Of a stretch of DNA of 42,102 nt, positions 20,509-31,205 are shown one piece after another. The notes under the pieces are model-generated. The model was not told the origin of the DNA. It saw nothing but the letters and a program-made list of their open reading frames with translations, and made no database searches. The first letter of the stretch is position 1. The number at the start of each line of letters is the position of its first letter. The DNA is from a virus (Duplodnaviria > Caudoviricetes). The translations under genes and the position numbers were made by a program. The stretch is from positions 1-42,102 of IMG/VR virus record IMGVR_UViG_3300025848_000068, one strand, 5' to 3'.

Positions 20509-23500
20509 ATGCCGATTGATCTGCTACGTCGCCAAGCACCATTTGCTCTCCCGCAACTTCCAACGTTGCCGACGTTGCAGAACTACGGAACGATGGGAGC
20601 AGCGTCCCGAACCGCGGCGGGAGAAACGCCTCCGGATCTTGCTGGGGTTTGGCCAACCCCCGTAGACATTTCGCGGGCTGAACGCGAACGTGTCGCATCT
20701 CAACAACCGTGGTGGGCCAAGGTTTTTGGATCTGTAGACATCCTGCTCGGTGGTCGTGCCATTCGCGGTGCCATTCGCGGAATGGGGTACAACTCGGAAA
20801 TCTCACCGCTTGAGGGGTTTCTTCGCGGTCTTCCGGGCACCGACTTTTTCGATGCAAATCTCGACACGTCGTTTGCAGATATTCGGAAAGCGTTTGGCGA
20901 TTACAACGCAGACGAGGGCGCGGGTAATTTTGTCGTCAATCTAGTCGGCGATCTCCTGCTGGATCCGACAACGTATTTGATGCCGCTCGGCGCTACGGCG
21001 AAGGCGGCTAGCCTAGCCTTGAAGGCCGACAACGTAGCCGTAGATGCTGCGGCAAACGTGCTGCCGGCGTTGACACGTAAGAATTACGGTCTTGCATCGT
21101 CGGCGCTCCGGGCGTCGGGCATGACGCAGGAACAATTGGTGCAAAACGGGCTGAAGGCCGGCATGGTTTTTCACATCCCGTTTACGGATTTTTACAAACC
21201 AATGGATCTATTTGGGCTCAAATCTATGAGCCTGAATTCCGCAAAAGCCGTAGACAAACTTGGAACGCTAATCCGAACATCGCCCGTAACCGGCCACCTC
21301 GTGCAGGCGTTCGGTGGCGCAAGGGGTCTTGACGCGGAGCAGTACGCGACCTTCAAGGCGTTGAAGGCAACGTGGAAAAATCGGCAGGACACCATCACGC
21401 AGGGATTTTTGATGTCCTTGTCGAAGATGAATCCTCAGTTCCGCGAGCAGTTGTTGCAAGACCGAGACACTATGGAAGTGTTTAGCGTCCTGCTTGAAAC
21501 CGGTGGCTTCCAACACCTCGACGACGCGGGAATGCTGGAACACGTCATCACCAATCGCGAATCGATCTTGCAAGCGATGGAGGTGGCGCGTCGATACGAA
21601 ACCGACGATGCGTTCAAGCGGCTGATTGACGACGCCCACGGCGGAACGTTCGACATCGGCGCATACATGGACGACATCAAAACGCCGGCGTCGCGTCGAA
21701 CGGGACCGGGCTATCTCGACACGTTGTTGTCCAGCGAACTTGAAGATGCTGCGGTATCCAAACAAAAGGACGCGATTCGTAGGCTGCTCGATGTCAAGTT
21801 CGGAAACCGTCCCATGCGGTTGTCCGAAAACATGTTGAACAAGATCGACATGGTTCCTCGACCGGGCGTAGACATTCCGTTTGCTCACAACAAGTTGGCC
21901 GAGGTCGTTCCTCCGGAAACGCTCGACGATCTTCTGCCGGATCGCATCGGAATCAATGCGTCCGGAACTCTTGCCAAACGAGCGCAGGACACGATTCGGT
22001 CGGCAGGATTTGAATCTGCCGAGGACCTCAACCTTGCCGCCAACGGTCAGATTTCGTCGCGTGGTTCGCCAACGGCTGAGATCATTGCCGAGGCGCAACA
22101 GGTTCAGAAGCAAGTGGACACGATTATCGAAGCGGATCGGTTGTCGCTACGTGATCCGGCAGCATTGCTTGCGCGACGCGGCGAACTGCTTGCTCGCGCC
22201 GGCGGGAAAACGCTTGCCGAGGTTGCGGATCGACGTCGCCAATATCAGATTCTTGCGTCGGACGCAAAGGCTCGCGGCGACATGGATCTTGCCGGGCGTT
22301 ACGTGCAAGCGCAGAAGGCGTTTACCCGCGTAGAGACCGAGATTGCCACGCTTGAACGCGAAATGGACAATCTTGTGCGCGAGCCTGAATTGGTTCGTTC
22401 GCGGTTCCCGGATTACACCGACGACACGATTCAGCGTCAGATCGACGAAATGAAAGGCGTGCTTGCCGACCGCGTTCCGGTGACCGAAGGCGAGCGGCTA
22501 GCCGAGCGCGTAAGCGCGGAAACCCTACGCAAGGCTACCGTCGGGCGCGTGCTGGATTGGCAACGCAAGACGTTGGAAGCCGGCACCGACGCCGAACTTG
22601 CCACCCTCCGTTTGCGTGCGGACCAACTGACGCAGTTGGACAACCTCGGTCGTCTCGACGACGCGGGCCGACGGGAACTTACCGCCAACATCAAACAGCA
22701 GCGCGATCTGATCCGCGAAGGCAAAAAACTAGGCGGTCGCGATTTGTTCGATGCCGTCGAGGAAGCCGCAAAAATTCACGTCAAAACAATGCAGGGAGTG
22801 CTTCGCGCCGAACGTGCGGCTGGGCTCATGAATCAAGGCATGGAAATGTACCTGCCGCGCATCATGAACCCGGCGGTCAGGCAACTGATTAACGAGCGAT
22901 TTGATTCGGCGATGGAGGCTATGGGAACGGGCGAGGCTGCTCGATCCTTCATGCAGGGACGCACGTTCAACGACCTGCTGACCTTGGAAGCCAACATCCT
23001 TATGGAAACAGTTGGCTCCAAGATCACCGGGTTTAAGGGTCTCACGGAGTTCCTGCAACTCGACGCGCAGGCAGCGGAGCGCACAATTGCTGCGCTGCAA
23101 ACGGGCAAGATGAAATGGACGGATTTGATCTTTGGCCCGAAGTGGGCCAACAAGGTCATTCGGCCTCTTGACCCGGATGTTGCAGACTTCTTCATCGCCA
23201 ATCCTGTCGTTGCGGATTACGCTCGCATCATGTCGTCGGGCAAGGCTATCGGAAAACCGTTGTTCGTGCAGATGGCTTTCGACGAGAACGGCGGTCTTGT
23301 GAAGGGTGCCGCCAGCATGGGCGACACCGAGGGCGTGGCCGAACTGCTACAGGGTTACGATCCGACGAAGCATCGTATTCTCATTTACGACCCCGAGCAG
23401 AACGTCGCCAAGGTAGCAAGCCGCGCCGACGTCATGTCGGACGTAACCGACTACGCCGTCAACGCCCGTCTCGACACGGTCATGCATCAGGTCCGCGAAC

Positions 23501-26460
23501 ACGTCGCGGACCGAATCAAGATGGACGGTGTGGTTCCCGAGCAAATCACGACCGAACTTGATAAAGCGCTGCGGCATGTGGACGAGTTCAAACTCAACGA
23601 TGCCTACGATTTGTCGCCGCGACCGGACGACACGGTGTTCGACCGCATGGTGAAGATGCGGTTGGAAAACGTGCGGCAGACCAAACGGAACGCCGGGTTT
23701 GCCAGCGAAGTCCGCATCTATGTAGACAACATTTTGCAAAATGCGTCTAAGGCCGATTCTCCGGAGATGTCGGCGCTTCGCGAGCAGTTGCAATTCGCGC
23801 AACGGCAGCACCAAGGATTGCTGGAACGCATTAACGTAGTGCAGAGTCAGGAACTCAAGCAGGCCGGCGACGAGTTTGTGCCATCGGCCAAACTTGCCGA
23901 TCTGCTCGACCGCGTAAGCGCGTCGCGGCAGCGCATCCGGGACATGGCCGACGCGCTATTCGACATGTCGTCTGCCGAGGCGGTCGGTGCGCCCGTCAAG
24001 TTCAAACTCACGCAGCAGCAATCGAAGGTGGTTTCGCGTGGGCTCGCAGACATCATGTCGGATCCGAACGTGCAGGCTAAAGCCCGAGAGTTGCACGGCA
24101 ACTCCATCTTGGCGATGGCTGAACGAAAGCCGCTCGTTGCTCCGGGAGCGGACGTGGCGGCGTTGATGCGGCAAACCCAAGACGAACTCAAAGTCTTGAT
24201 TCCGTATGCCGAGGAATGGGGCAAGTTGTCCGCAGCGGCGAAGGCTGAATTCGGCTCAACTGGTGATATCGTCAACGAGTTGATTGCCGACCGGCAGCGT
24301 ATGCTGCGCGACCTGCAAAACATGGTGGCAGGTGTAGATGCCAAGCCGCTTGCAGCGGGGAACTTGCACCGACGTCAGGTTGCTGCCGAGGTGCGAGCGG
24401 CTGCGAACGTTGAAGAATCAGGGTCGTGGTATTCGATGTCCACCGCTACGAGAGGGGTGAACGATGTCCGCGAATCCGTCCGGGCGCAGCAGGCCGCGTT
24501 GCGAACTGAAAACGCTGCACGCAAGGCTTCGCTCAACGAGGCGAAGAAACAGATCCTTGGCGTCGTGGGCGCAGGGAAAAAGCAGTTTGCTGTTGATCCT
24601 GCGATGCGTGCCGACGAAGCGCGGGCTCTCTTCAGCATGGAAAACGACTTCCATGTCGATTGGAACTCGCTGCCTCCTGATATTCAAAAGCGTTATCAGG
24701 CGAATGCTAAACTTCGTCTCGTAAAGATGGACGCCGACGTTTACGACAACGTCATGCGTCACATCAAAGACATCACCGCCCCGGACACGTTGCGATCTAA
24801 TTCGTTGGTTCGGGTGCTTGATACCCTCCGGTCGTGGTGGTCGCCGGCAACGACGCTCAATCCGTTGTACGTGCAGACTCGCGCTCGCGACCTCACGCAA
24901 AACCTTGGCACGCTAGCCATGTCGGGCAACGTGGATATGGCGTCGTTGGTCGAGGCCAACCGCATTTCGGCGGCGGTCGGGCGTGCAATGGAAAACGGCA
25001 CTTCCATCCGCCAAGAACTCGGCGACGCTACGCTCGAAATCAACGGCGTGCGCCGCTTGCTGGCGGACGTCGTCGAGGAGTTCCAACTTCACGGGGTTGT
25101 TGGGTCGAGTTCGGTGCGCGATGCGTTTGCCGACGACATGTTCCGGTCGTCGCTGTCGCGCCAAATGCCGACCCGCACTATGGACACGATTGCCGGCTTG
25201 CTCGGGTTCAGCACGGAGCATATCGGCACCGGACGGCAGGGTGGAAAGACGATGAAGGAGGTGGCGGTCGGAATGCTCGACCCCACCTACAACCCGGTCT
25301 ACCGACTCGACAACCCGGTCGGAAAGTACGGTCGTGGCGTTGCCCGATACGGCGACGACCTCGGTCGCACGGCTGCGGCGCTGTACGCCCTTCAGCGCGG
25401 TATGTCTATCGAAGACGCCGCTGCTCACGCTAAGTCGTGGCTATACGGATCCGGGGAATACTACACGTCGGTCGAACGCAACGTCCTGAAGCGGGTGATC
25501 CCGTTCTACGGGTTTATGAAGTGGTCTACCGGGGCGGCGGTCAACCTCATGACCCAAAACCCCAAGTACCTCGGAGCCGTGTCCAAGGTGCGCGACAACG
25601 CGTACCGAGCGTTGGGTCTTTCGCAGGCCGACTTGAACGAGGTGACGCCGCAATTCCTTGAGGACAACATCGGCGTTCCGATCATCAACACCCCGGACGG
25701 ACCGCGCTTCGTCACCTTTGGGCAGGTCCTGCCCGTGCAAGCCTTGCAGGACACCACCAACGCCATTAGGACGGTGTTTAAGGCGTTTGTCGGTCAGGGT
25801 GAGGTTTCGGACACGGCAACATACATCGCCCGCAATATGCATCCGGCGCTCAAATTGACCGTCGAAACGCTGACCAAGCGGGACATGTTCTCGGGCCGAC
25901 CCCTTGAACGGTTCCCCGGCGAAAAGGTCGAGATGTTCGGGATTCCTATGGACCCGATGAGCCGGCAGATGTTCCGCAACGTTCGGTACCTCAACGACCT
26001 TGACCGTCTCAACATCTTGGATTTGTCGCAGTTCAAGGCGGCGGTCAACGCCGTGCCCCGAGGGCAGCGACCCGGCGACCGTGCCGCGCTGCCAACGTGG
26101 GTTGCCGGCGTTACCGGCTCGTTCTCGCCGATCCCGGTCCGTGCGTATCAGGTGGACATCGACGAGGACCTCCGTCGCGCCCGCGGGCAGGACGAGCAGG
26201 AACTCAACAAACTCAAGGGGTTCATGCGGCAGGCTTTGTACTCGCCCGAGGGTACGGCCAGCCTCAAGAATCAGTCCAAGGACAACGCCACGGCGCTGCA
26301 AAAACTTATTGCCGCCAAACTCGCGGAGATTGGGGCTCGGCAGCGAATCGAGGAAAAATATCGAATCGACCCGGAAGCGCAGGAACGCGAACAGCGAGAG
26401 GCGCGAAAACGTCGATTTGCCCAACCTATCCGGCTGACTCGCAACGGATACTCGGAATGA
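20509..26460 (+). CDS. Large ejection / DNA-transfer protein with LPD38-like C-terminus
   Basis: About 1983 aa, helical; LLLDPTTYL near the N-terminus; KRVIPFYGF and HPALKLTVETLTKRDMFSGRPL near the C-terminus. Confidence 0.75.
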   Translation: MPIDLLRRQAPFALPQLPTLPTLQNYGTMGAASRTAAGETPPDLAGVWPTPVDISRAERERVASQQPWWAKVFGSVDILLGGRAIRGAIRGMGYNSEISPLEGFLRGLPGTDFFDANLDTSFADIRKAFGDYNADEGAGNFVVNLVGDLLLDPTTYLMPLGATAKAASLALKADNVAVDAAANVLPALTRKNYGLASSALRASGMTQEQLVQNGLKAGMVFHIPFTDFYKPMDLFGLKSMSLNSAKAVDKLGTLIRTSPVTGHLVQAFGGARGLDAEQYATFKALKATWKNRQDTITQGFLMSLSKMNPQFREQLLQDRDTMEVFSVLLETGGFQHLDDAGMLEHVITNRESILQAMEVARRYETDDAFKRLIDDAHGGTFDIGAYMDDIKTPASRRTGPGYLDTLLSSELEDAAVSKQKDAIRRLLDVKFGNRPMRLSENMLNKIDMVPRPGVDIPFAHNKLAEVVPPETLDDLLPDRIGINASGTLAKRAQDTIRSAGFESAEDLNLAANGQISSRGSPTAEIIAEAQQVQKQVDTIIEADRLSLRDPAALLARRGELLARAGGKTLAEVADRRRQYQILASDAKARGDMDLAGRYVQAQKAFTRVETEIATLEREMDNLVREPELVRSRFPDYTDDTIQRQIDEMKGVLADRVPVTEGERLAERVSAETLRKATVGRVLDWQRKTLEAGTDAELATLRLRADQLTQLDNLGRLDDAGRRELTANIKQQRDLIREGKKLGGRDLFDAVEEAAKIHVKTMQGVLRAERAAGLMNQGMEMYLPRIMNPAVRQLINERFDSAMEAMGTGEAARSFMQGRTFNDLLTLEANILMETVGSKITGFKGLTEFLQLDAQAAERTIAALQTGKMKWTDLIFGPKWANKVIRPLDPDVADFFIANPVVADYARIMSSGKAIGKPLFVQMAFDENGGLVKGAASMGDTEGVAELLQGYDPTKHRILIYDPEQNVAKVASRADVMSDVTDYAVNARLDTVMHQVREHVADRIKMDGVVPEQITTELDKALRHVDEFKLNDAYDLSPRPDDTVFDRMVKMRLENVRQTKRNAGFASEVRIYVDNILQNASKADSPEMSALREQLQFAQRQHQGLLERINVVQSQELKQAGDEFVPSAKLADLLDRVSASRQRIRDMADALFDMSSAEAVGAPVKFKLTQQQSKVVSRGLADIMSDPNVQAKARELHGNSILAMAERKPLVAPGADVAALMRQTQDELKVLIPYAEEWGKLSAAAKAEFGSTGDIVNELIADRQRMLRDLQNMVAGVDAKPLAAGNLHRRQVAAEVRAAANVEESGSWYSMSTATRGVNDVRESVRAQQAALRTENAARKASLNEAKKQILGVVGAGKKQFAVDPAMRADEARALFSMENDFHVDWNSLPPDIQKRYQANAKLRLVKMDADVYDNVMRHIKDITAPDTLRSNSLVRVLDTLRSWWSPATTLNPLYVQTRARDLTQNLGTLAMSGNVDMASLVEANRISAAVGRAMENGTSIRQELGDATLEINGVRRLLADVVEEFQLHGVVGSSSVRDAFADDMFRSSLSRQMPTRTMDTIAGLLGFSTEHIGTGRQGGKTMKEVAVGMLDPTYNPVYRLDNPVGKYGRGVARYGDDLGRTAAALYALQRGMSIEDAAAHAKSWLYGSGEYYTSVERNVLKRVIPFYGFMKWSTGAAVNLMTQNPKYLGAVSKVRDNAYRALGLSQADLNEVTPQFLEDNIGVPIINTPDGPRFVTFGQVLPVQALQDTTNAIRTVFKAFVGQGEVSDTATYIARNMHPALKLTVETLTKRDMFSGRPLERFPGEKVEMFGIPMDPMSRQMFRNVRYLNDLDRLNILDLSQFKAAVNAVPRGQRPGDRAALPTWVAGVTGSFSPIPVRAYQVDIDEDLRRARGQDEQELNKLKGFMRQALYSPEGTASLKNQSKDNATALQKLIAAKLAEIGARQRIEEKYRIDPEAQEREQREARKRRFAQPIRLTRNGYSE

Positions 26461-26696
26461 ACGCAGAAACCGAACTCATCATCGCCACTCTTCAACGCAT
26501 CGAAAGCCGCCAGTCTCGCCAAGACGAACGGATAGAACGCATAGACGAGGCAATTCGTGGGAACGGGCATCCCGGGCTTAACACCCGGATCGACCGCCTA
26601 GAGCAGACCGATCAAATGCGCTCCTTTTGGATGAAGGCGCTAGGTGTCGGCATCATGGGCCAAATCATCATCGCCGTGAAAGGGCTAATCAAATGA
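26457..26696 (+). CDS. Coiled-coil protein with a C-terminal TM helix (holin/XhlA-like)
   Basis: ATGA coupling; IRGNGHPGLNTRIDRLEQ followed by a hydrophobic tail. Confidence 0.6.
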   Translation: MNAETELIIATLQRIESRQSRQDERIERIDEAIRGNGHPGLNTRIDRLEQTDQMRSFWMKALGVGIMGQIIIAVKGLIK

Positions 26697-27049
26697 AGGA
26701 TTTTCTTCTTCGTCCTGATGTTCAGGACCTTTTGCTGACCGCGTTGGTGTTCGTTGTTGGTTGGGCGTTGCGCGAAGCCGCCAAGCGCTCGCAGCGCCGC
26801 GACACGCTGCTCGAAATCGTGGACAACATCGAAGCCGCTGTCCGCGCCACCAAGCAGACCTATGTTGATGCCATCAAGAAGGCGTCCTCGGACGGCACAC
26901 TTACCGACTTGGAAAAGGCTGAGGCGTTTACGCTGACCAAAGAAACGGTTTTGAAAACGCTTGGGCCGGCTGCGTTGCAGGCTATCAAGACGTTCGGCGA
27001 TGATTGGTTGAAGACCCGTATCGAAAGCAAGGTGCAGGAACTCAAGTGA
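26693..27049 (+). CDS. Holin, LL-H family-like
   Basis: N-terminal TM helix; QTYVDAIKK...EKAEAF...WLKTRIESKV pattern. Confidence 0.6.
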   Translation: MKDFLLRPDVQDLLLTALVFVVGWALREAAKRSQRRDTLLEIVDNIEAAVRATKQTYVDAIKKASSDGTLTDLEKAEAFTLTKETVLKTLGPAALQAIKTFGDDWLKTRIESKVQELK

Positions 27050-27420
27050 TTGAGTTGCTTGTCGCCCTGATTCGGGGTCTTCTGCACGATCTTTTTGTCG
27101 GTGAATCCACAACGGGCAAAACCACCTCGGGATCGACGGAACTTCGGCCAACGCCTATTGCCGAGATCCGTGAACGCGCTCGACGTAGCGGCTTGCTTTT
27201 GCTTGTGGGTTGTCTTGCCGTTGCTGGGTGCGGTCAGACGGAGGTGGTTGTGGCTACTCTTCATCCTGTCGAGGACACCACCAAAGGGTGGTGCCGGGTC
27301 GCGCAGGACGAAGTCCGTGTCATCATCGAGGGCACCGGAGAAATAGGCACGATCCGACCTGCCGGCGGCTACTTCATCATCCACGAAGCCGATCTGAAAA
27401 CGCTGCTCAAGGAGAAGTGA
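27046..27420 (+). CDS. Putative spanin-like lipoprotein
   Basis: GTGA coupling; hydrophobic N-terminus plus internal RERARRSGLLLLVGCLAVAGC lipobox-like segment. Confidence 0.5.
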   Translation: MIELLVALIRGLLHDLFVGESTTGKTTSGSTELRPTPIAEIRERARRSGLLLLVGCLAVAGCGQTEVVVATLHPVEDTTKGWCRVAQDEVRVIIEGTGEIGTIRPAGGYFIIHEADLKTLLKEK

Positions 27421-27421
27421 C

Positions 27422-30400
27422 ATGTACGGAATGCAGGACGAACGCAAACCGCAGGACGCGCCTAAAGTCGCTCTCACCCATCAGGAGCGCATGCGCCGCG
27501 AGGAAGCCAAGAAGGCGATTGCCGCCGACAAGGACCCGTTGCTGGCGCAGATCAACGAGAACGATCTTGCGACCCCCGAACTGCGTCGTCTTGCCGCCGA
27601 GTTCCCGCAACTCATGTTGCCGCCTGACGACCCGTCGCGCATGAGCGTGCCGCCTGAGATTGTCGTTCGCGCATCGTTGTTGCTGAAACAGCGCGACGAC
27701 AACGCGTCGCAAAACAGCACGGCCATCATCGACGAATCGCTGCGTCGCCGCGAAGTACGCAATAGTTTTGGCATGATACTCGGATACGGTGATCCGGGGG
27801 GTAGTGCCCGCATCGACCTTACTGGCATGCGAGCGCCGGGCACGGAGACAGCCGAAGAGGTTCGGTATGGCGAGATGCGAGCCCGAGAACGCCGAGAGCG
27901 CGAATGGGGCGAAACGTTGGCCAAGATCGGCGGCATGACCAGCGACATGATTATGGCGCTTGGCGGCGCGATGGGGCAGATGGGCACGGCACCGCGGATG
28001 CAAACGTCTCCGTCGATGATGGGCATGCAAGGCACACGGACGATGTCGCCAACGGAATGGAATCGTCCCGGAAGCCAAATGGGAGCGTGGTGGGAATCCC
28101 TTCCTACGGCGGCGCAGCAGGGCATGAACGTCGGAGCAAGATCCGCCAAGATGCGTAGAGAAGTTCCGATGATTACCCCCGAGGGCCCGATTTCGTTAAC
28201 GCGTTCGCGGCAACCGGGAGAACCTTTGCAGCCGACGCTACAAGGTGGCGTAGCAGCGTCGCAGATTGCTGGAGCCTCGGCAAATCCGCGACTCACGGGA
28301 ACCACGCCGGCGCTCCAACTTTCGGCAGGAACCCGCCAAGGCATGGTTTCAACACCGACGACTTCAACGGAACCGTTGCAACTTGGGATGATGCAACGCA
28401 CCTCCGATGCCTTGCCCTTAACGAGTCCCGAAATCAAATTGCTGCCAGCCAGCAGTACGCCTTTGCCGACAGAACCTGCGAAACAAAAAACGACGGCACA
28501 ACTTCGCGCTCGCCCATATAGTAATGCCCCGGATTCATTGATGGGGTTCAGTGGAAAAACTCCACAAAAATCTTACGAAGAGCAACGGTACCGAACGGAA
28601 ATCACGGTACTTGTCGGAAGCGGAAAAGAGGCCGTTTTAGATGGAATTCGCGGATTAAATGTTGCTCACGCGATGGAACGCGCACGCCGCAACTGGCCCG
28701 GATTAGACATTAAATTTGTTGGGATTGCAACGCCAATAGAACCTGCGAAACAAAAAACAACCGCTCAACTGCGCGCAGAACTTAGCGATCAACTTCGCAT
28801 GGCGCAAAAGGTCGGCGATAAGCAAGCGATTGCGGAAATCAAAGAGCGTTTGAAAACCATTTCAAAACCCAACGCACCAAAAGGTGAAGCGGTACGGCCA
28901 CGAACGCTTGCGGATGTCGAACCGAAAAATTTCAGCAATCTTGCTGTCGCTGATCCCGATTTACAAAAATCTACGGATGCGTTTTGGTTCCCATCGGTTC
29001 AGGTGTTTTCGGAACTTTACGACAAATACGGCGACAAAACGTACACCATGAACGAATGGATGGCGCTGGCCGACAGAGAATATCCCGGGGTTATCTCCAA
29101 ACAAGAAAAGTCAGCAATCAAAAAAGAATTAAGCACGGAAAGTTGGAATTGGCAGAATGAACCTCAAAACATTTGGAGCGTTTTGAACAAAATCAAAGAA
29201 TACATGCGACCGGCGCGATTGGATGTAATTAGCGCAACTAAACCATCCGAAACGCGAACGGAAAAAGAACTAGATCTAGCCAAGGCATCGACCAAGTATT
29301 ACTCATGGCTCGTCAAACCATCGTCTGCCGACGATTACGCCGACATCGAACCATATACGCTAGTTACTCAAACTCGCAATCCGGAATTCAAAGTTTACGA
29401 ACATCATTACGATAAACCATCCCTCAACAACCTTGTATCGCGTGTGCGTGGTCAATTTTATAAAGACGAAGACGACAAAATACTTTTGATTTCGGAATTG
29501 CAACGCGCCAATTCACCCGACGATTTGGATGATTTTCCAATTGAAGAAGCGACGCGGTTCACGTCGATCATGGCTGCGACATACAACGATATTGTAAAAC
29601 GAAATGCAAGTTCGCCTGAGAAACGCACTACTGCGATTGAAATCGCGGCCCCCGATGAAATCGACCGTTTGTATCATCGAGACGCTCCTACAGAACAACA
29701 ACTCGCTCAATTTGAAAATGCTACCGCTCGATATAGCGCGCCCGAAATTCCTACCTATTTTGCCGACGATCTAAAAACTATAATGGATCCGTTTTCAACA
29801 GGAGAAAATGTTCCATCAAACAAACAAGCCCTGACGATTGCCAAGCAACTTGTAGAATTGGCGCGAAACGATCCGAACCTGTCGAAGGAAAAAAATCTTA
29901 TTTATAAACTGTTTGATGTTTCGGGGTTCTCCAATGCCACGCTAAATGCGTGGCAACCCGGAATGAAATTTGAAGCGGAAAATAATTTTGACGATGGACT
30001 AATTGGAGAGCAAACGTGGAAACCTCGCCAACTAACTAATTTGGCGAATGAAATAACATTGTTCGCTATTAATCGCGCAGGCAACACGAACCGAATTCGG
30101 TCGGAAATTAAAAAACGAGTGTATTCGTCCGTGGACATAGAAACGCCATATGGCGTTAAACAAATGAAGTTTGATGATTTAAGAAAACTGTTCCCATCGT
30201 CATCGAACGAAGATGAAATTGGCAATCTTCCATTTGAAAAACTAGAAGCGGAGTTGCTGAAAGGGAAAACAGCAAAACTTGAAATTCCTCGTTCCAAACT
30301 TCGCAACATGTACATAAATCGCATTTACCCCGAAATCATTTCATGGGGCAAACGCCACGGAATTCACATCTATAAGTTAGACAACGGCCGTTTGAGGATG

Positions 30401-30487
30401 AGCATTCCGCGCAACGCCAAACCCAAATCTATGCCCATCGCCAAGGTTGCGCTCACCAAGCGCGACCGCTCCGACGCGCTAGCCTAG
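27422..30487 (+). CDS. Large polyvalent-type protein, possibly injected
   Basis: 1021 aa; AGGAG SD; Met/Gly-rich N-half; HHYDKPSLNNLVSRVR...KILLISELQ motif resembling phage polyvalent proteins; lower-GC C-half. Confidence 0.6.
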   Translation: MYGMQDERKPQDAPKVALTHQERMRREEAKKAIAADKDPLLAQINENDLATPELRRLAAEFPQLMLPPDDPSRMSVPPEIVVRASLLLKQRDDNASQNSTAIIDESLRRREVRNSFGMILGYGDPGGSARIDLTGMRAPGTETAEEVRYGEMRARERREREWGETLAKIGGMTSDMIMALGGAMGQMGTAPRMQTSPSMMGMQGTRTMSPTEWNRPGSQMGAWWESLPTAAQQGMNVGARSAKMRREVPMITPEGPISLTRSRQPGEPLQPTLQGGVAASQIAGASANPRLTGTTPALQLSAGTRQGMVSTPTTSTEPLQLGMMQRTSDALPLTSPEIKLLPASSTPLPTEPAKQKTTAQLRARPYSNAPDSLMGFSGKTPQKSYEEQRYRTEITVLVGSGKEAVLDGIRGLNVAHAMERARRNWPGLDIKFVGIATPIEPAKQKTTAQLRAELSDQLRMAQKVGDKQAIAEIKERLKTISKPNAPKGEAVRPRTLADVEPKNFSNLAVADPDLQKSTDAFWFPSVQVFSELYDKYGDKTYTMNEWMALADREYPGVISKQEKSAIKKELSTESWNWQNEPQNIWSVLNKIKEYMRPARLDVISATKPSETRTEKELDLAKASTKYYSWLVKPSSADDYADIEPYTLVTQTRNPEFKVYEHHYDKPSLNNLVSRVRGQFYKDEDDKILLISELQRANSPDDLDDFPIEEATRFTSIMAATYNDIVKRNASSPEKRTTAIEIAAPDEIDRLYHRDAPTEQQLAQFENATARYSAPEIPTYFADDLKTIMDPFSTGENVPSNKQALTIAKQLVELARNDPNLSKEKNLIYKLFDVSGFSNATLNAWQPGMKFEAENNFDDGLIGEQTWKPRQLTNLANEITLFAINRAGNTNRIRSEIKKRVYSSVDIETPYGVKQMKFDDLRKLFPSSSNEDEIGNLPFEKLEAELLKGKTAKLEIPRSKLRNMYINRIYPEIISWGKRHGIHIYKLDNGRLRMSIPRNAKPKSMPIAKVALTKRDRSDALA
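28471..28776 (+). repeat. 39-bp imperfect direct repeat (28471-28509 and 28738-28776)
   Basis: Both copies encode EPAKQKTTAQLR(A); period 267 nt; first 21 nt identical. Confidence 0.85.
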
Positions 30488-31176
30488 GCTTCGACGTACA
30501 GCGGGCCGTGCATCACCACGGTCTGCACGAATCCGGAAAAAGGTCCGTTGCCCAAAATGTAGTAGTGGTAGCGACGTCCTACCGTGAAATCGTCGGTCGT
30601 CGTGCCCGGCAACGTAAACGAGATCACGCCGTTGACGGCGTCCTCTTTCGTGACCGTGATCGACGTCGGGCTTGTCGAGTCAATGGAGTCCGTGACGCGG
30701 ACCGACCCCGTAAACGTCGATGACGTGATGTCCATCGGATACGCGGTCCAATGACTTGGGACCTCTTGAAAGGTCAACGCGGTCGTCCCGAGGGTGATTG
30801 CGGTCGTATTTGACACGGCAAACGTTTTACCCACGTTGGTCGAGCCGGCCCGAATCGTCGTCTTCAGTCCCCAAAACACCTCAAACGACGAATCAAAATC
30901 GGTCGCCCGGGTCCATGCGCCGCTCGACACAACGTAAATCCCGTTGTTGGCCCCGTTGGTTTGGTTCTTTACCAACACCCGGTCGAGAGCGGTCACGGAT
31001 ACGCCATCGATGGTTTGAGCCCCTGACAGCGTGATGTTTGCCGTCGTGGCTGCGAGGCAGGTATCCGTCGAGGTAAGTTGGCCGGCGATGGTGAGTTCGT
31101 ACTTGCCGTACTTAGGCCAGTCAAAACCGCGGCGGCAGGACAGGGATTCAAACGTCGGGGCGATGGCTCGCGTCAT
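30484..31176 (-). CDS. Virion structural-type protein (tail/decoration repeat inside an Ig/BppU-like domain)
   Basis: AATTANITLSGAQTIDGV...DRVLVKNQT...NGIYVVSSGAWTRATD motif; flanks PMDITSSTFTGSVR...DAVNGVISFTL; SD GAGAGGT. Confidence 0.75.
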   Translation of the reverse strand: MTRAIAPTFESLSCRRGFDWPKYGKYELTIAGQLTSTDTCLAATTANITLSGAQTIDGVSVTALDRVLVKNQTNGANNGIYVVSSGAWTRATDFDSSFEVFWGLKTTIRAGSTNVGKTFAVSNTTAITLGTTALTFQEVPSHWTAYPMDITSSTFTGSVRVTDSIDSTSPTSITVTKEDAVNGVISFTLPGTTTDDFTVGRRYHYYILGNGPFSGFVQTVVMHGPLYVEA

Positions 31177-31205
31177 GGGGCACCTCTCGGTATGCTTAGA
31201 CTACC

